A program made the position numbers and the translations under genes. From positions 172,858,001-172,922,000 of the forward strand of contig NC_058368.1 of assembly GCF_018350175.1 (NCBI RefSeq): a DNA stretch of 64,000 nucleotides. The letters run 5' to 3'. Positions 13,468 to 25,060 of the stretch are shown here, one piece after another; the stretch's first letter is position 1; each line of letters opens with the position of its first letter. Source of the stretch: Felis catus. Its lineage: Eukaryota. The notes below the pieces were generated by a model. The model searched no databases, had not been told where the DNA came from, and saw only the letters and a list, made by a program, of their open reading frames with translations.

Positions 13468-13859
13468 CTCAACTGAGGTGATTTGTTTTTGAGCACTGTT
13501 ATTTTAAGTAACTTAATTTATGCATAACATACAGAGTTGGTATTTTTTAATGTTGTTTTTTTCCTGAGAGGTATATGAAGAAGTGCTTGATGTTTTTCTT
13601 GATCTAACTCTAATCCTTTCTCTCTCTCTAATCGTACAAGCCATACTTGTACAAAATGAAATGAAGCCCTCTTTGATATCTTGTTCCAACTAAATTAAAT
13701 CATTAGTATTAAGGAAAAATATCCCCTGAGAGATCATATAGATTATAGGCTAGCAAATCACCAGAAGATCTTGATAAGATGATGATTCTTTGAACAAAGG
13801 ACATATTGACCTGCCTCGTCTGTAAAACTACCCAAAATAGAGGTCAAATGTTAATGATT

Positions 13860-14652
13860 TTTTAAAATGTTTTATTTATTTTTGAGAGGAAGGGAAAGAG
13901 AGAGACAGCATGAGCAGGGGAGGGGGCAGAGAGAGAGGGAGACACAGAATCTGAAGACAGGCTCCAGGCTCTGAACTGTCAGCACAGAGCCTGACGTGGG
14001 GCTTGAACTCACAAACCATGAGATCATGACCTGAGCTGAAGTTGGATGCTTAACCGACTGAGCCACCCAGGTGCCCCAAATGTTAGTGATTTTTTTAAAA
14101 CTTATTTTTATTTTTTTATTTTAGAGAGTGTTAGCTGGGGAGAGTGGCAGAGGAGGGAGGGAGACAGAGAGAGGGAATTTTAAGCAGTTTCCATGTTCAC
14201 GGGGAGTCCGACATGGGGCTCTGTAGGATCCTGACCTGAGCTGGAATCAAGAGTCCATGCTCAGTCAACTGGGGCCCTGAGGCGTCCCAGTGGTGGTCAG
14301 ATGTTAAGCAAACTGCTTAAATTGTATTTTTTAAAGATGTTAATTTGTTTTTAAGAGAGCAAGGCAGAGGGTGAGTGGCAGGGGAGAAGAAAGAGAGAGG
14401 GAGACACAGAATCTGAAACAAGCTCCAGGCTCTGAGCTGTCAGCACAGAGCTCAACGAGGGGCTCGGGAATGGCGAGATCATGACCTAGGCCGAAGTTGG
14501 ATGCTTAACTGACTGAGCCACCCAGGCACCCCAGTGTAAATTGTATTTTAAAAAAGTACTTAAGTAATCTCTGTACCCAGTGTGGGGCTCCAACTCATGA
14601 CCTCGAGGTCAACAGTTGCATGCTCTACCGACCAAGCCAGCCAGGTGCCCCT
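13860..14652 (-). mobile_element. Cluster of four Can-SINEs (~13860-14077, ~14100-14290, ~14335-14533, ~14545-14652)
   Basis: Tandem SINE bodies; the last is a short, older tRNA-Lys-like subfamily. Confidence 0.85.
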
Positions 14653-14659
14653 ATGTACA

Positions 14660-15165
14660 TGATCACTTTTAAGTGTAAGCTCGGTGACATTAAGTATATT
14701 CACAGTGTTGTGCAACCATCACCGCCATCCATGTCCAGAACTTTTTCATCTTCCCCAACTGATATTCTACTCATTAAACACTAAAACCCATTGCCTCCTC
14801 CCCACAGCCCCTGGTAACTTCTGTTCTACTCTTGTCTGAATTTGCCTGTTCTAGATACCTCATATGTTAGTTCAGTCATGTAATTATTTGTCCTTTTGTG
14901 TCTGGCTTCTTTCACTTAGTATGTTTTCAAGGTTAGGGTTTCAGTGTCATCAAGGTTAACGTGTATCAGAATAGTATGGCCGAATGATATTTCATTGTAT
15001 GGATATACCACATTTTATTCATCTGCTGATGGACACTTGGGTTGCTTGTACCTTTTGGCTAGTGTATGTTTGAGTCCCCGCTTTCGGTTCTTTCGGATAG
15101 ACCCAAGAGTAGAATTGCTGAGTCGTATGGAAATTCTGTGTTTACCTTTTTGAGGAACTGCCAGA
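14660..15165 (-). mobile_element. L1MB-type 3' fragment
   Basis: tgtgcaaccatcaccgccatccat...ttttgaggaactgccagac. Confidence 0.8.
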
Positions 15166-15242
15166 CAAGCAGCTTTACTTTCCCTGGCACTGTGACTCTT
15201 GGCATAGGCTCAGAGTTCACCCTCCTTCCTACCAGGGTGTCG

Positions 15243-15703
15243 CTAGATAAGCTGGACTTGTGACCACACCAGTGCCAACTGTGCCTCACTCAGGGCTGGT
15301 CGGCACTCTCTGAGCACCTGTGGAGAAGGTGCTTGTGAAGTGCTCCAGGGAGCCGGTCTGTTGCTTGTTTGATGGTCCTTCATGAAGTTCAAGCCTATGG
15401 TTAGTAAGGAGATCATTTTCTGGCAAGCCAGGCACATTGGCAAAGTTGGGGATCTCAAGAAAGACGCCGCCTGTCCAGTTAAAGATTCTGTGAAACCTGG
15501 TAGCAGCTGGTGTGATAGCCCTTAGTTCCTGAACGCAAACCGGAGGAACTCAAAAGGACCTTGCAAATACTTCTGGCATGCGGCACCTGGGTGGCTCAGT
15601 GGGTTGAGCGTCTGACCCTTGATTTTGGCTCAGGTCACGATCCCAGGGTCATAAGATCCGAGCTCCACGTTGGACTCTGTGCTGAGCATGGAACCTGCTT
15701 GAG

Positions 15704-15751
<48 letters not shown>

Positions 15752-16347
15752 TCTCTCCCTCTCCCCCCGTCTCTCTCTCCCGCTCTCCCCGTCTCTCTCT
15801 CCCCCCTCCCTCTCTCTCTCCCCCCTCCCTCTCTCTCTCCCCCCTCCCTCTCTCTCTCCCCCCTCCCTCTCTCTCTCCCCCCCTCTCTCCCCCCTCCCTC
15901 CCTCTCTCCCCCCCTCCCTCTCTCTCTTCCCCCCTCCCTCTCTCTCTCCCCCCCCCCCCTCTCTCCCTCCCACCCTCTCTCTCCTTTTCTCCCTCTGCCC
16001 CTCTTCCCCACTCATGCTCGCTCACTCTCTAAAAAAAACCCAAATACTTCTGGCAGGATAGTAGTTGTAAAAAACTATGACCCTTGGGGTTTTACCAATA
16101 CCTGGCCTCAGTGCCAGGGTCAAATTTGTCAACTACCCAAGGAAGTCTTTCCATGGAACAGAACAACCCTTGCTTCACCTCTGTAGAGAAAGCATGCCAA
16201 ATAGCACTGCACATCAAATAATTATATAAATTCAAAACCACGGTGAAGATTTTCACCTCACTGGTGGACTTCTTGGTTCCCTGCCATTTTCTTGGGTTGA
16301 ACACATTGGCTTCTCCAAGGAACAGTGTTGTTGGGGTTGAGTTTGTA
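15243..16347 (-). pseudogene. Possible decayed coding exon of an unidentified gene, interrupted by a SINE
   Basis: ORF frames 16092..16532 and 15243..15458 join in frame after removing the SINE and one TSD copy; ~209 codons with two internal TAA. Confidence 0.4.
15579..16040 (+). mobile_element. Can-SINE with a greatly expanded C/T tract; TSD caaatacttctggca (15564-15578, 16041-16055)
   Basis: SINE head, ~290 bp polypyrimidine, A tail and a perfect 15-bp TSD. Confidence 0.92.
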
Positions 16348-17548
16348 TAGGCATGCCTCGTTTTATTGTGCTTCACTTTATTGTGCTTTGCAGATACTGA
16401 GTTTTTTAGAAATTGAAGGTTTGTGGCAACCCTGTGTAGAGCCATGGCACAATGTTGGTGCCATTTTTCAAAGTAGTGTTTGCTCACTTTCTGTCTCTGT
16501 GTTACATTTTGGTAATTCTTGAAATATTTCAAATTTTTTCATTATCATTATATTGTTTATGGTGATTTGTGGTCATGGCTCTTTGATGTTACCATTATTT
16601 TTGCAGCACCAAGGACTGCGCTCTTGTAAGACGGTGAACTTAATTGATACATGTTGTGTGTGTTCTGACTGCTCAACCAGCTGGTCTTTGCCCCTGCTCT
16701 CCCCCTCTCCTTGGGCCTTCCTGTTCCCAGAGACACAACAATATTGAAATTAGGCAAATTAATAACTCAACAGTGACCTCTGAGTGTTTAAGTGAAAGGA
16801 AGAGTCTCATGGTCTCTCGCTTTAAATCAAAAGCTAGAAATGATTAAGCTCAGTGAGGAAGGCATGCTGAAAGTCAGGCCTCTTGTGCTGAGCAGTCAAG
16901 TTGTGCATGCAAAGGGAAAGTTCTTGAAGGAAATTGAAAGTGCTACTCCAGTGAACACATGAATGATAAGAAAGTGAAACAACCTAATTGCTGATAGGGA
17001 GAAAATTTGAGTGGTCTGGATAAAAGATCAAACCAGCCACAACATTCCCTGAAGCCAAAGCCTAATTGAGAGCAAGTCCCTGACTCTCTTCAACTCTGTG
17101 ATGGTTGAGAGGTGAGAAAGCTGCAGAAGAGAAGTTTGAAGCTGGCAGAGGTTTAAGGAAAGAAAGCATCTGCATAACATGAAAGTGTAAGATGAGGCAA
17201 CAGGTGCTGATGGAGAAGCTGCGAGTTATCCAGAAGATGTAGCCAAGATAATTCATGAAGGTGGCTACACTACACAGCATTTTCCATGTACACCAAACAA
17301 GCAGCCTTATATTGGAAGAAGATGCTATATAGGACTTTCATAGCTAGAGAGGAGCAGTCAGTGCCTGGCTTCAAAGCTGCAAGGGACAGGCTAGTACAGG
17401 TGGTGACTTTAAGTACGAGCCAGTGTGGTTTTTTTTGTTTTGTTTTTTATTTTTTTTATACCATTTCTTACCACTTTTTAAAAACTATTTCAAAAATCCT
17501 AGGGCCTTTAACAATTATACTAAATCTACTATGCCTGTGCTGTATAAC
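16348..17548 (+). mobile_element. Tigger1 (TcMar-Tigger) DNA transposon, 5' ~1.2 kb
   Basis: Left end TA-(C/T)AGGCAT-CCTCGTTTTATTG; internal ttaaatcaaaagctagaaatgattaagctcagtgaggaaggcatg. Confidence 0.9.
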
Positions 17549-17549
17549 A

Positions 17550-19520
17550 GATGGCATGGAAATCTGCCCTTCCACCAATATTGATTGGACATGCTAAATG
17601 GGAATCCATGAAATTGCACAAGCCCATTCTGGTTGTTAATTTGCTGTAACACAGCCCCATATGGAGCCTACTGGAACTTATGGCAAAAGCCTGTGAGTGC
17701 CACCTAGTGGCAATTGCTGGGATTTGGGACCAGAAAAATTCCCATTTGAGAGATAGTTACTATTGGACTTTGAGATTTTTCCTGTGACTAAAGGACATCA
17801 AATAACTTTGAAACCTGAACTACCCACAATGCCTCTGGTGACGTTGAGGAAGTACTTTAATGGGGAGGGTAATGCCCAGAAGTATTCCATCATAAAATGG
17901 AAATGGTTTATATAGGAACAGGCCACCAGGAGAATGAGAGGAAGTACTCATGAGTAGGAAGCCTCTTTTTCCCTATGGTTGATTCTGGAACCATCTTAGT
18001 AGCTGCTGGATCCTATGGCTGCTCAGGAAGCACCCTATGAAAAGCTCTCCATTGACCAACAAAGAGTTGCTTGGTTTCTGGAGGGCAGTTCCATGGTAAA
18101 TGGACAGCTTCCTGTTTAGAAGCCCACTACTCTGATGGAGAGTGTCAAAACAAATCAGTTCATTGGGCTGAGTTGTATGCTGTTTTTCTAGCAATTATGG
18201 AAGAATTGAACAAAGATAAAAGCCCCTATGTTTGCATTTTTTTGACTTACAGGCAGTAGCCACCACGTATCTGGCAAATCAGACTGGTGCCAGTAAACCT
18301 GGGGGTGGGGGTGGTACAAATGGATTGTGACAGGAACAGACAGTTACTCTGTTCTTGGCTTAGCCTATTCCGTGGTAGACGTAAGTGCTCAGCATGCAAT
18401 AAAAGGACTGGAACAGAAGACATGAGAACTATATGGACTGTCAGATCATATATCCTCCAAGGAACACATTTTACAGCCCATAATGTCCAACAGTAGACAG
18501 AGGGATGTAAGTTTCAGAGGAATGGTTTGTTGAAAAATTGGAACAGGCAGCTGAAACTTTTTTTTTTGGTCTAAAACAGGGAAATAAAGGCATGAAGGAC
18601 TGGCTTACACACCTCCATGAGTGTGTGCTCACACTCAACATGAGACCAAGGGAGGGTCCCCACTAAAGATTTCCTCTGCTTTTGGGGACAGATTTGGAGA
18701 AGAGGGAATGGGAAAAATGCTGGGATCACTGTACTTTTTAATTTTTCCCACATCACCTCAACTTCCTTTGTCCTACCTGATACAGTTGGTCCCAGGACCA
18801 GGCCTGCAACTGCAGGTGCCAGAAGCAGGGGGATCCCTAAGTAAGAAACTATACCTTTAAACTTTTATGGCAGAATTGCTAAGGGTCTGATGGGGTAGGT
18901 TTTGCCTTCACCGCATCTGGCAAAATTGGGGCTGCCACTGAATGCAGCTGTATTGCTGAGTGGTGGTCTAGACAGGTTCACCTTAGTTCTGTACCTGTTA
19001 ACTCCAACCTTCCCCCCACCCCCTCCCTGACATGGAAGAGGCCTGAAGGGTGGGGGTGGGGGGGCGTATGCTAGACTAATATTACTCCTGGCAACCTGGA
19101 CCAGCAGTGGCCAAACCTAATACCCCTTCCAAAGGTAGAAAAGTTAGGCGGTCAATGGAGAAGAGGAGGAATGGTAGCTGGGGGTAAAGGAGTGAATGAG
19201 TGGCTTATGCAGTGAGGGAAATGCAGGATGGCATTGGCACTTGGGGAGAGGCTCAAAGTTGGATGTTGTTGTCTCTCAACCCAGTTACACCAGGTGCCTG
19301 AAATGGTGGAGATGCATGTTGCTGTGAGACGACTCTTGCTTTTGGGACTTAAAAAAAAATTGAATGGGAGTCTGCAAACCTGAATAGTATCACTCTGGGG
19401 GACATTGCAGTCACACAGTGTGATGATGGACTAGATCAATTGTTAATGCCTGAGTGGGACTCTAGTAATGTGCCAGAGCTTTTCAGGACACATGTGCCAG
19501 CACACTCGATAGGGTGTATC
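17550..19520 (+). mobile_element. Degenerate ERVL-class internal region (pol remnants)
   Basis: Peptide remnants SIIKWKWFI, AWFLEGSS and KSVHWAELYAVFLA (RNase H-like) and QGTHFTAHNVQQ (integrase-like). Confidence 0.8.
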
Positions 19521-19649
19521 ACTGGGCTTATTACAGTACTGATACTGATAGATGTATTCAGAAATTGAATTAAAGCCTCCCCAGGAAGTAACACAGATGG
19601 AAAATGGCCTGAGAAAGCACTGTATTTACCTCAGTGTCAGCTAATTTCT

Positions 19650-19901
19650 TTTCTTCTTCTTCTTCTTTTTTAAATTTTTCTGTCAGAGCCTTTTCCTGCT
19701 TATTATTATTTTTATTTGAGAGAGAGCAAGAGAGTGTGCACGCGTGCATGCAAGTCAGGAAGAGGAGCAGAGAGAGGGAATCCCGAGCAGGCTCCCTCAG
19801 TGCAGAGCCCGACATGGGGCTCAATCCTGTGACCCTGAGATCATGACCTCAGCCAAAATCAAGAGTAGGATGCTCAACCGACTGAGTCACCCAGGCACCC
19901 C
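19650..19901 (-). mobile_element. Can-SINE
   Basis: Typical motifs; TSD-like cagctaatttct on both sides. Confidence 0.88.
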
Positions 19902-20089
19902 AACGCCAGCTAATTTCTAAGCTGAATAGTTCTGCTTAGAACTAGTTTATCATAAGATATGGTGGTGGGGGATGAATAATTAAGACAAAAATATGAAAAT
20001 GTATATACTGGCTTTATAATAGTGTCTTTAAATCTATCCCCACCTCCACACTGGCCCCTCCAAATCTTAGGGAGTATGATTATTTTGCT

Positions 20090-20690
20090 GTAAGAGTCTT
20101 GGCTGGAGACAAGGGTGGCATTTAACTTCACCACAGAAGAGGCCTCTGTCTTCTGCCCTCAGCTCTTGGAAGATGATCTTTGTTTGCCCAGAGGCTTAGG
20201 CTAGACAAGGAATGGCAATGTGATTTAAGGTGAGGCTTAGGGTCACATGGTGGCAGTCCACTGGAGACTTGAGATCAACCATATGGGGGCTTAATTAATC
20301 ATGCCAATGTAATGGAGCCCCCAAAACTGAGAATGAGTCTTGGAATAGCCTCCCCAGTGCACAGTACTCTATGTGTATTGTCACACATTGATATTGGGAA
20401 AATAACATGTTCTGACTGCATGGGAAGAGGGTGTGGGAGTCCTCATAGTATCTCACAGTTCCCCAGACTCATGAGCTTCTTTCCTTGGCCAGTCTTCCTC
20501 TGTGTCCTTTTCCTATAAGAAACTGTATAATAGAGTGTATACAGTGAGTATTATAGCATTAAGTGGGTTCTGTGAATCCTAACAAGTCCCCCCCAGTAGT
20601 TGTTTTGGGAATCCCCTGAACTTGCAGTTGGTGGAAGAAGTGACCGTGGTCTTGTGTAGATTGTGTTCACTCTTACTCTACAATTAGCTA
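20090..20690 (+). mobile_element. ERVL LTR (MER21/MER68-like); boundaries approximate
   Basis: aatcatgccaatgtaatggagccc, tattgtcacacattgat and cccctgaacttgcagttggtg motifs. Confidence 0.6.
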
Positions 20691-21017
20691 AATTCCTCAC
20701 AAAACTCTACTCAAGAGGAATCTGAATCTTAAGCTGTTTGTTCTGTCAGATAGGCAAGGACTTGGTCTCTCAGGAAAATAGATAAAACACACACACTTTG
20801 ATAGACTTACAGTCTATTTTTCCTCACTTTTATGTTCTAGAATTACAGAATTATAAAGCATATTTTCTTCTTCTCATGTCTTATAATCAAGAGAAAATAT
20901 ACTCAGCAGAAGTTTCACCAAAAAAACCCCAGTTACTGGAATTAGCAGATAAGGACATAAATGATTGTAAATATATAAAATAATTGGAAAAGAATAATAA
21001 TAGGGATAGAGAAGGGG

Positions 21018-21443
21018 TATAATGAGTTGAAGAGTATTTCTCAAAAATTCTTGTCTATCCAGAACCTCAGAATGTGACCTAATGTGGAAATAGTCTTTAC
21101 AGATGTAATTAGGTTAAAAATGAGGCCCTAATATTGGGCCCTAATCCAGTGACTGGTGTCCTTACAAGAAGAGGGAAATGGATACAGAGAGACACAGAGG
21201 AGAGGGCCTTAAGAAGACAGAGGCAGAGATTGAAGTGAGGCATTTGCAAGCCAAGGAATGCCAGTTGCTGGCAGCCACCAGAAGTGAGGAGGGAGGCCTG
21301 GAACAGATTGTCCCTTAGAACCTCAAACCCTGCTGACACCTGGATTTTGGACTTTCAACCTCCAGAACCGTGAGAGAATACATTCTTGTTGTTTCAGGCC
21401 ATTCATTTTATAGTACTTTGTTATGGCCCTAGGAAATTAATAC
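21018..21443 (+). mobile_element. MLT1B/C-like MaLR LTR
   Basis: cagaacctcagaatgtgacct...aatccagtgactggtgtcctt...cctgctgacacctggattttggact. Confidence 0.85.
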
Positions 21444-21660
21444 ACAAGGTAATGATATATCTTAGGATATGGTAGCAAACTTTTTAAAAAGGACCAAATG
21501 GAAATTCTAGATCTGAAAAATATAGTAGCTAAAATAAAAACCACAATGGATGGGCTAAACACCAAATTGGATGTTACAGAAGAAAGAATAAGTGAACTTG
21601 AAGACAAATAAATAGAATTTACCACACTGAAGCAGAGAGATTAAAAGAAAAAAACCTGAG

Positions 21661-21858
21661 GGGTGCCTGGATGGCTCAGCTGGTTAAGCATCTGACTGTT
21701 GAATTCAGCTCAGGTCATGATCTCACAATTCATGAGTTCAAGGCCCTCATTGGGCTCTGCACTGCCAGTGCAGAGCCTGCTTGGGATTCTCTCTCTCTGC
21801 CCCCTGTCTCTGCCCCTTCCCCTTGTGTGCACAACCCCCCCCCCCCCCAAATTAAAAC
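21661..21858 (+). mobile_element. Can-SINE whose tail is interrupted by an L1
   Basis: Head ggggtgcctggatggctcag; TSD-like aaaaaaacctga at ~21648-21659 and ~23340-23351. Confidence 0.85.
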
Positions 21859-21859
21859 A

Positions 21860-22268
21860 CGTTTTGTTTTGTTTGTTTGTTTAACTTTGATGGATATTAT
21901 TTTGCTTTGTTGTTTTTTATTTTAATTTTATTTTTTAAATTTATATCCAAATTAGCATACAGTGCAACAGTGATTTCAGGAGTAGATTCCTTAATGCCTC
22001 TTACCATTTAACCCCCCCCCCCAACCCCTCTAGTAACCCTTTGTTTCTTCTCCATATTTAAGAGTCTCTTATGTTTTGTCCCCCTGTTTTTATATTATTT
22101 TTGCTTCCCTTCTCTTATGTTCATCTGTTATGTGTCTTAAAGTCTTCATATGAGTGAAGTCATATGATATTTGTCTTTCTCTAATTTTGCTTAGCATAAT
22201 ACCTCTAGTTCCATCCACATAGTTGCAAGTGGCAAGATTTCATTCTTTTTGATTGCCAAGTAATACCC

Positions 22269-22308
<40 letters not shown>

Positions 22309-23318
22309 ACACACACACACACATCTTCTTTATCCATTCATCCATCAATGGACATTGGGCTCTTTCCATGCTTTGGCTATTGTTGATAGTGCTGCTGTAA
22401 ACATTGGGGTGCATATGTCCCTTTGAAACAGCATACCTATATCCCTTGGATAAATACCTAGTAGTGCAATTGCTGGATCGTAGGGTAGTTCTATTTTTAA
22501 TTTTTTTGAGGAACCTCCATACTGTTTTCTAGAGTGGCTGCGTTTGCTTGCATTCCCACCAACAATGCAAAAGAGATCCTTTTTCTCCTTATCCTCGCCA
22601 ACATCTGTTGTTGCCTGAGTTGTTAATGTTAGCCATTCTGACAGGTGTAAGGTGGCATCTCATTGTGGTTTTGATTTGTATTTCCCTGATGATGAGTGAT
22701 GTTGAGCATCTTTTCATGTGTTGGTTTGCCATCTGGATGTCTTTTTTGGAAAAGTGTCTATTCATGTCTTTTGCCCATTTCTTCCCTGTATTATTTGTTC
22801 TTTGGGTGTTGAATTTGATAAGTTCTTTATAGATTTTGGATCCTAACCCTTTATCTGCTATGTCATTTGCAAATATCTGCTCCCATTCTGTCGGTTGCCT
22901 TTTAGTTTTGCTGATTGTTTCCTTCACTGTGCAGAAGCTTTTTATTTTGATGAGGTCCCAATAGTTCATTTTTGCCTTTGTTTCCCTTGCCTCTGGAGAT
23001 GTGTTGAGTAAGAAGTTGCTGCAGCTAAGGTCAAAGAGGTTTTTGCCTGCTTTCTTCTAGAGGATTTTGATGGCTTCCTGTCTCACATTTAGGTCTCTCA
23101 TCCATTTTGAGTTTATTTTTGTGTATAGTGTAAGCAAGTGGTCCAGGTTCATTTTTCTGCATGTCGTGTTCCAGTTTTCCCAGCACCACTTGCTGAAGAG
23201 ACTGTCTTTCTTCCATTGGATATTATTTCTTGCTTTGTCAAAGATTAGTTGGCCATATGTTTGTGGGTCCATTTCTGGGTTCTCTATTCTGTTCCATTGA
23301 TCTGAGTGTTTTTGTGCC
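21860..23318 (-). mobile_element. 5'-truncated felid L1 (ORF2 C-terminus plus 3' UTR)
   Basis: ORF2 peptides [22 protein letters not shown] and [28 protein letters not shown]-rich tail at the left end. Confidence 0.93.
22271..22323. repeat. (GT)n(AC)n inverted microsatellite
   Basis: About 18 GT units directly abutting about 8 AC units. Confidence 0.9.
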
Positions 23319-23351
23319 GACATTAAAAAATGTTTTAAAAAAAAAACCTGA

Positions 23352-23531
23352 TTTCAACTCAGGTCACGATCTCACGGTCCGTGAGTTTGAGCCCCGCGTT
23401 GGGCTCTGGGCTGATGGCTCGGAGCCTGGAGCCTGCTTCCGATTCTGTGTCTCTCCGCCCCTCCCCCGTTCATGCTCCATCTCTCTCTCTCTGTCTCAAA
23501 AATAAATAAACGTTAAAAAAAAAAAAAAAAA
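23352..23531 (+). mobile_element. 5'-truncated young Can-SINE
   Basis: caggtcacgatctcacggtccgtgag...aataaataaacgttaaaaa. Confidence 0.88.
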
Positions 23532-24834
23532 GCGCCCAGACCACACTAACAACATCACTTAGCATTGATATATTATGAGACTGGGAAGCATACATGAAAT
23601 TGGGATCAAGAGAAAGAAAATAGGGCAGGAAAAAATATTTGAAGAAATAAAGACTGAAAAACTTTCCAGAAACTCACAACATTCTTAAGACAGATACAAA
23701 GAAGTCACACCCAGCTGTATCATAGCCAACAGCTGAAAACCATCATCAAGAGAAAACTTAAAAGCAGATAGAGGGAAATGACACATCCCTCCCCATCCTC
23801 CCCACCTGCCCTGTTTCCTGAGAGGTAGGTGTTGCTTCCTGCCCCCCCCCCCCCCTCCGGGTGGTGGCCCTGACCTTAGTCTCCATGCTGTTTCTAGCTT
23901 GAATCCCACCCGTGACTTTCAGGATGAAGTTTGGTCTTCAGTATGATCACTGTAGTGCCCTTGCAGCTGCTCTGTCACTTCCCACAACTTCTAGTTGGAG
24001 TGTCTCTAGTTTTTCAAGTGTGCCTCGCTACCTTCTTCTGGGAACTCTCCTTCTTCAGCATCCCTCCCTGCCATCTTTCCCTCCATTCCAAGCTGGACCT
24101 CCTGGGTCCTAGAGGTCTGAGTAGTAGGTTTGTGCCTGCACTGTATGGGTACTGATGTTAGTGAAATAAGATTGGAAATTCATTCACAAGCCTTGTGTGG
24201 CATCCTTTCTTCAGACATAATTGACTGTGGGTGAGGGTTTAGAGAACCAGTCAGCCTACTGTGGGCCTTGCCAGCCTCTGTGGAGTCAGCCTGCACCATG
24301 CTCATTTTCTGTATGCTAGCCACATCGGCCTGCTTTTGGTCTGCATGCAGTCTTTTCAGCCTCAGGCCTTTGCACCTGTTGCTCCTCTGTGTGGAATTCT
24401 ACATACCTCCTATACAGAGATTACACCTAGTCACCACTTGCCCAGAAAAACCTCTGACCACCTGGATTAGGACACACACATGCTTCTAAGAATTTGCCTT
24501 TACACTGTGTCTTTTCCTATGAGGACCTGTCCAAGTTGTAACTCTTTTGTGTGATTACTATGTCGATCCCTATCCCTCTTGCCTGTGAGCTCTGCAAAGG
24601 CAGGGACTCTGTCTGGTTTTGCCCATTTTGTATTCTCCAGTAACCAGCACAGAGTCTGGGGTCCAGTAACTGCTCTGGTAATACCTTGTGAGTGAATGGA
24701 TGGGTGAATGGGTGGGCAGTTCCAGCAGTTTGGCCCTAGAATGTTAGTGGTTCCTCTAGGAGTGACTCCTAGAGAAACCCGAAGGTTTTTCCCCTCAAGG
24801 ACTAACTGCTTTGTATCATGTGTTTCCCAGGACT

Positions 24835-25060
24835 CTTTTTTTTTTTTTTTTTAAATGTTTATTTTTGAGAGAGATACAGAATGCAAGCAGGGGAGGGGTA
24901 GAGAGAGAGAGAGAGACAGAATCTGAAACGGGCTCCAGGCCCCGAGCTGTCAGCACAGAGCCCAACGCGCCGCTCGAACTCATGATCAACTCAGGATCCG
25001 CGAGATCATGACCTGAGCCGAAGTTCGAGGCTTAACCAACTGAACCACCCAGGCGCCCCC
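24835..25060 (-). mobile_element. Can-SINE
   Basis: Typical motifs; TSD-like cccaggact. Confidence 0.88.

Noticed and set aside
14545..14652. tRNA-Lys-like sequence (also at 57541-57665)
   Set aside because: Heads of Can-SINEs with A tails, not intact tRNA genes.
15561..16061. Pro/Ser/Leu-rich and Glu/Arg/Gly-rich ORFs of 120-166 aa
   Set aside because: Translations of the C/T microsatellite inside a SINE.
22589..23323. L1 ORF2 ORFs as an active element
   Set aside because: 5'-truncated and broken into separate frames.
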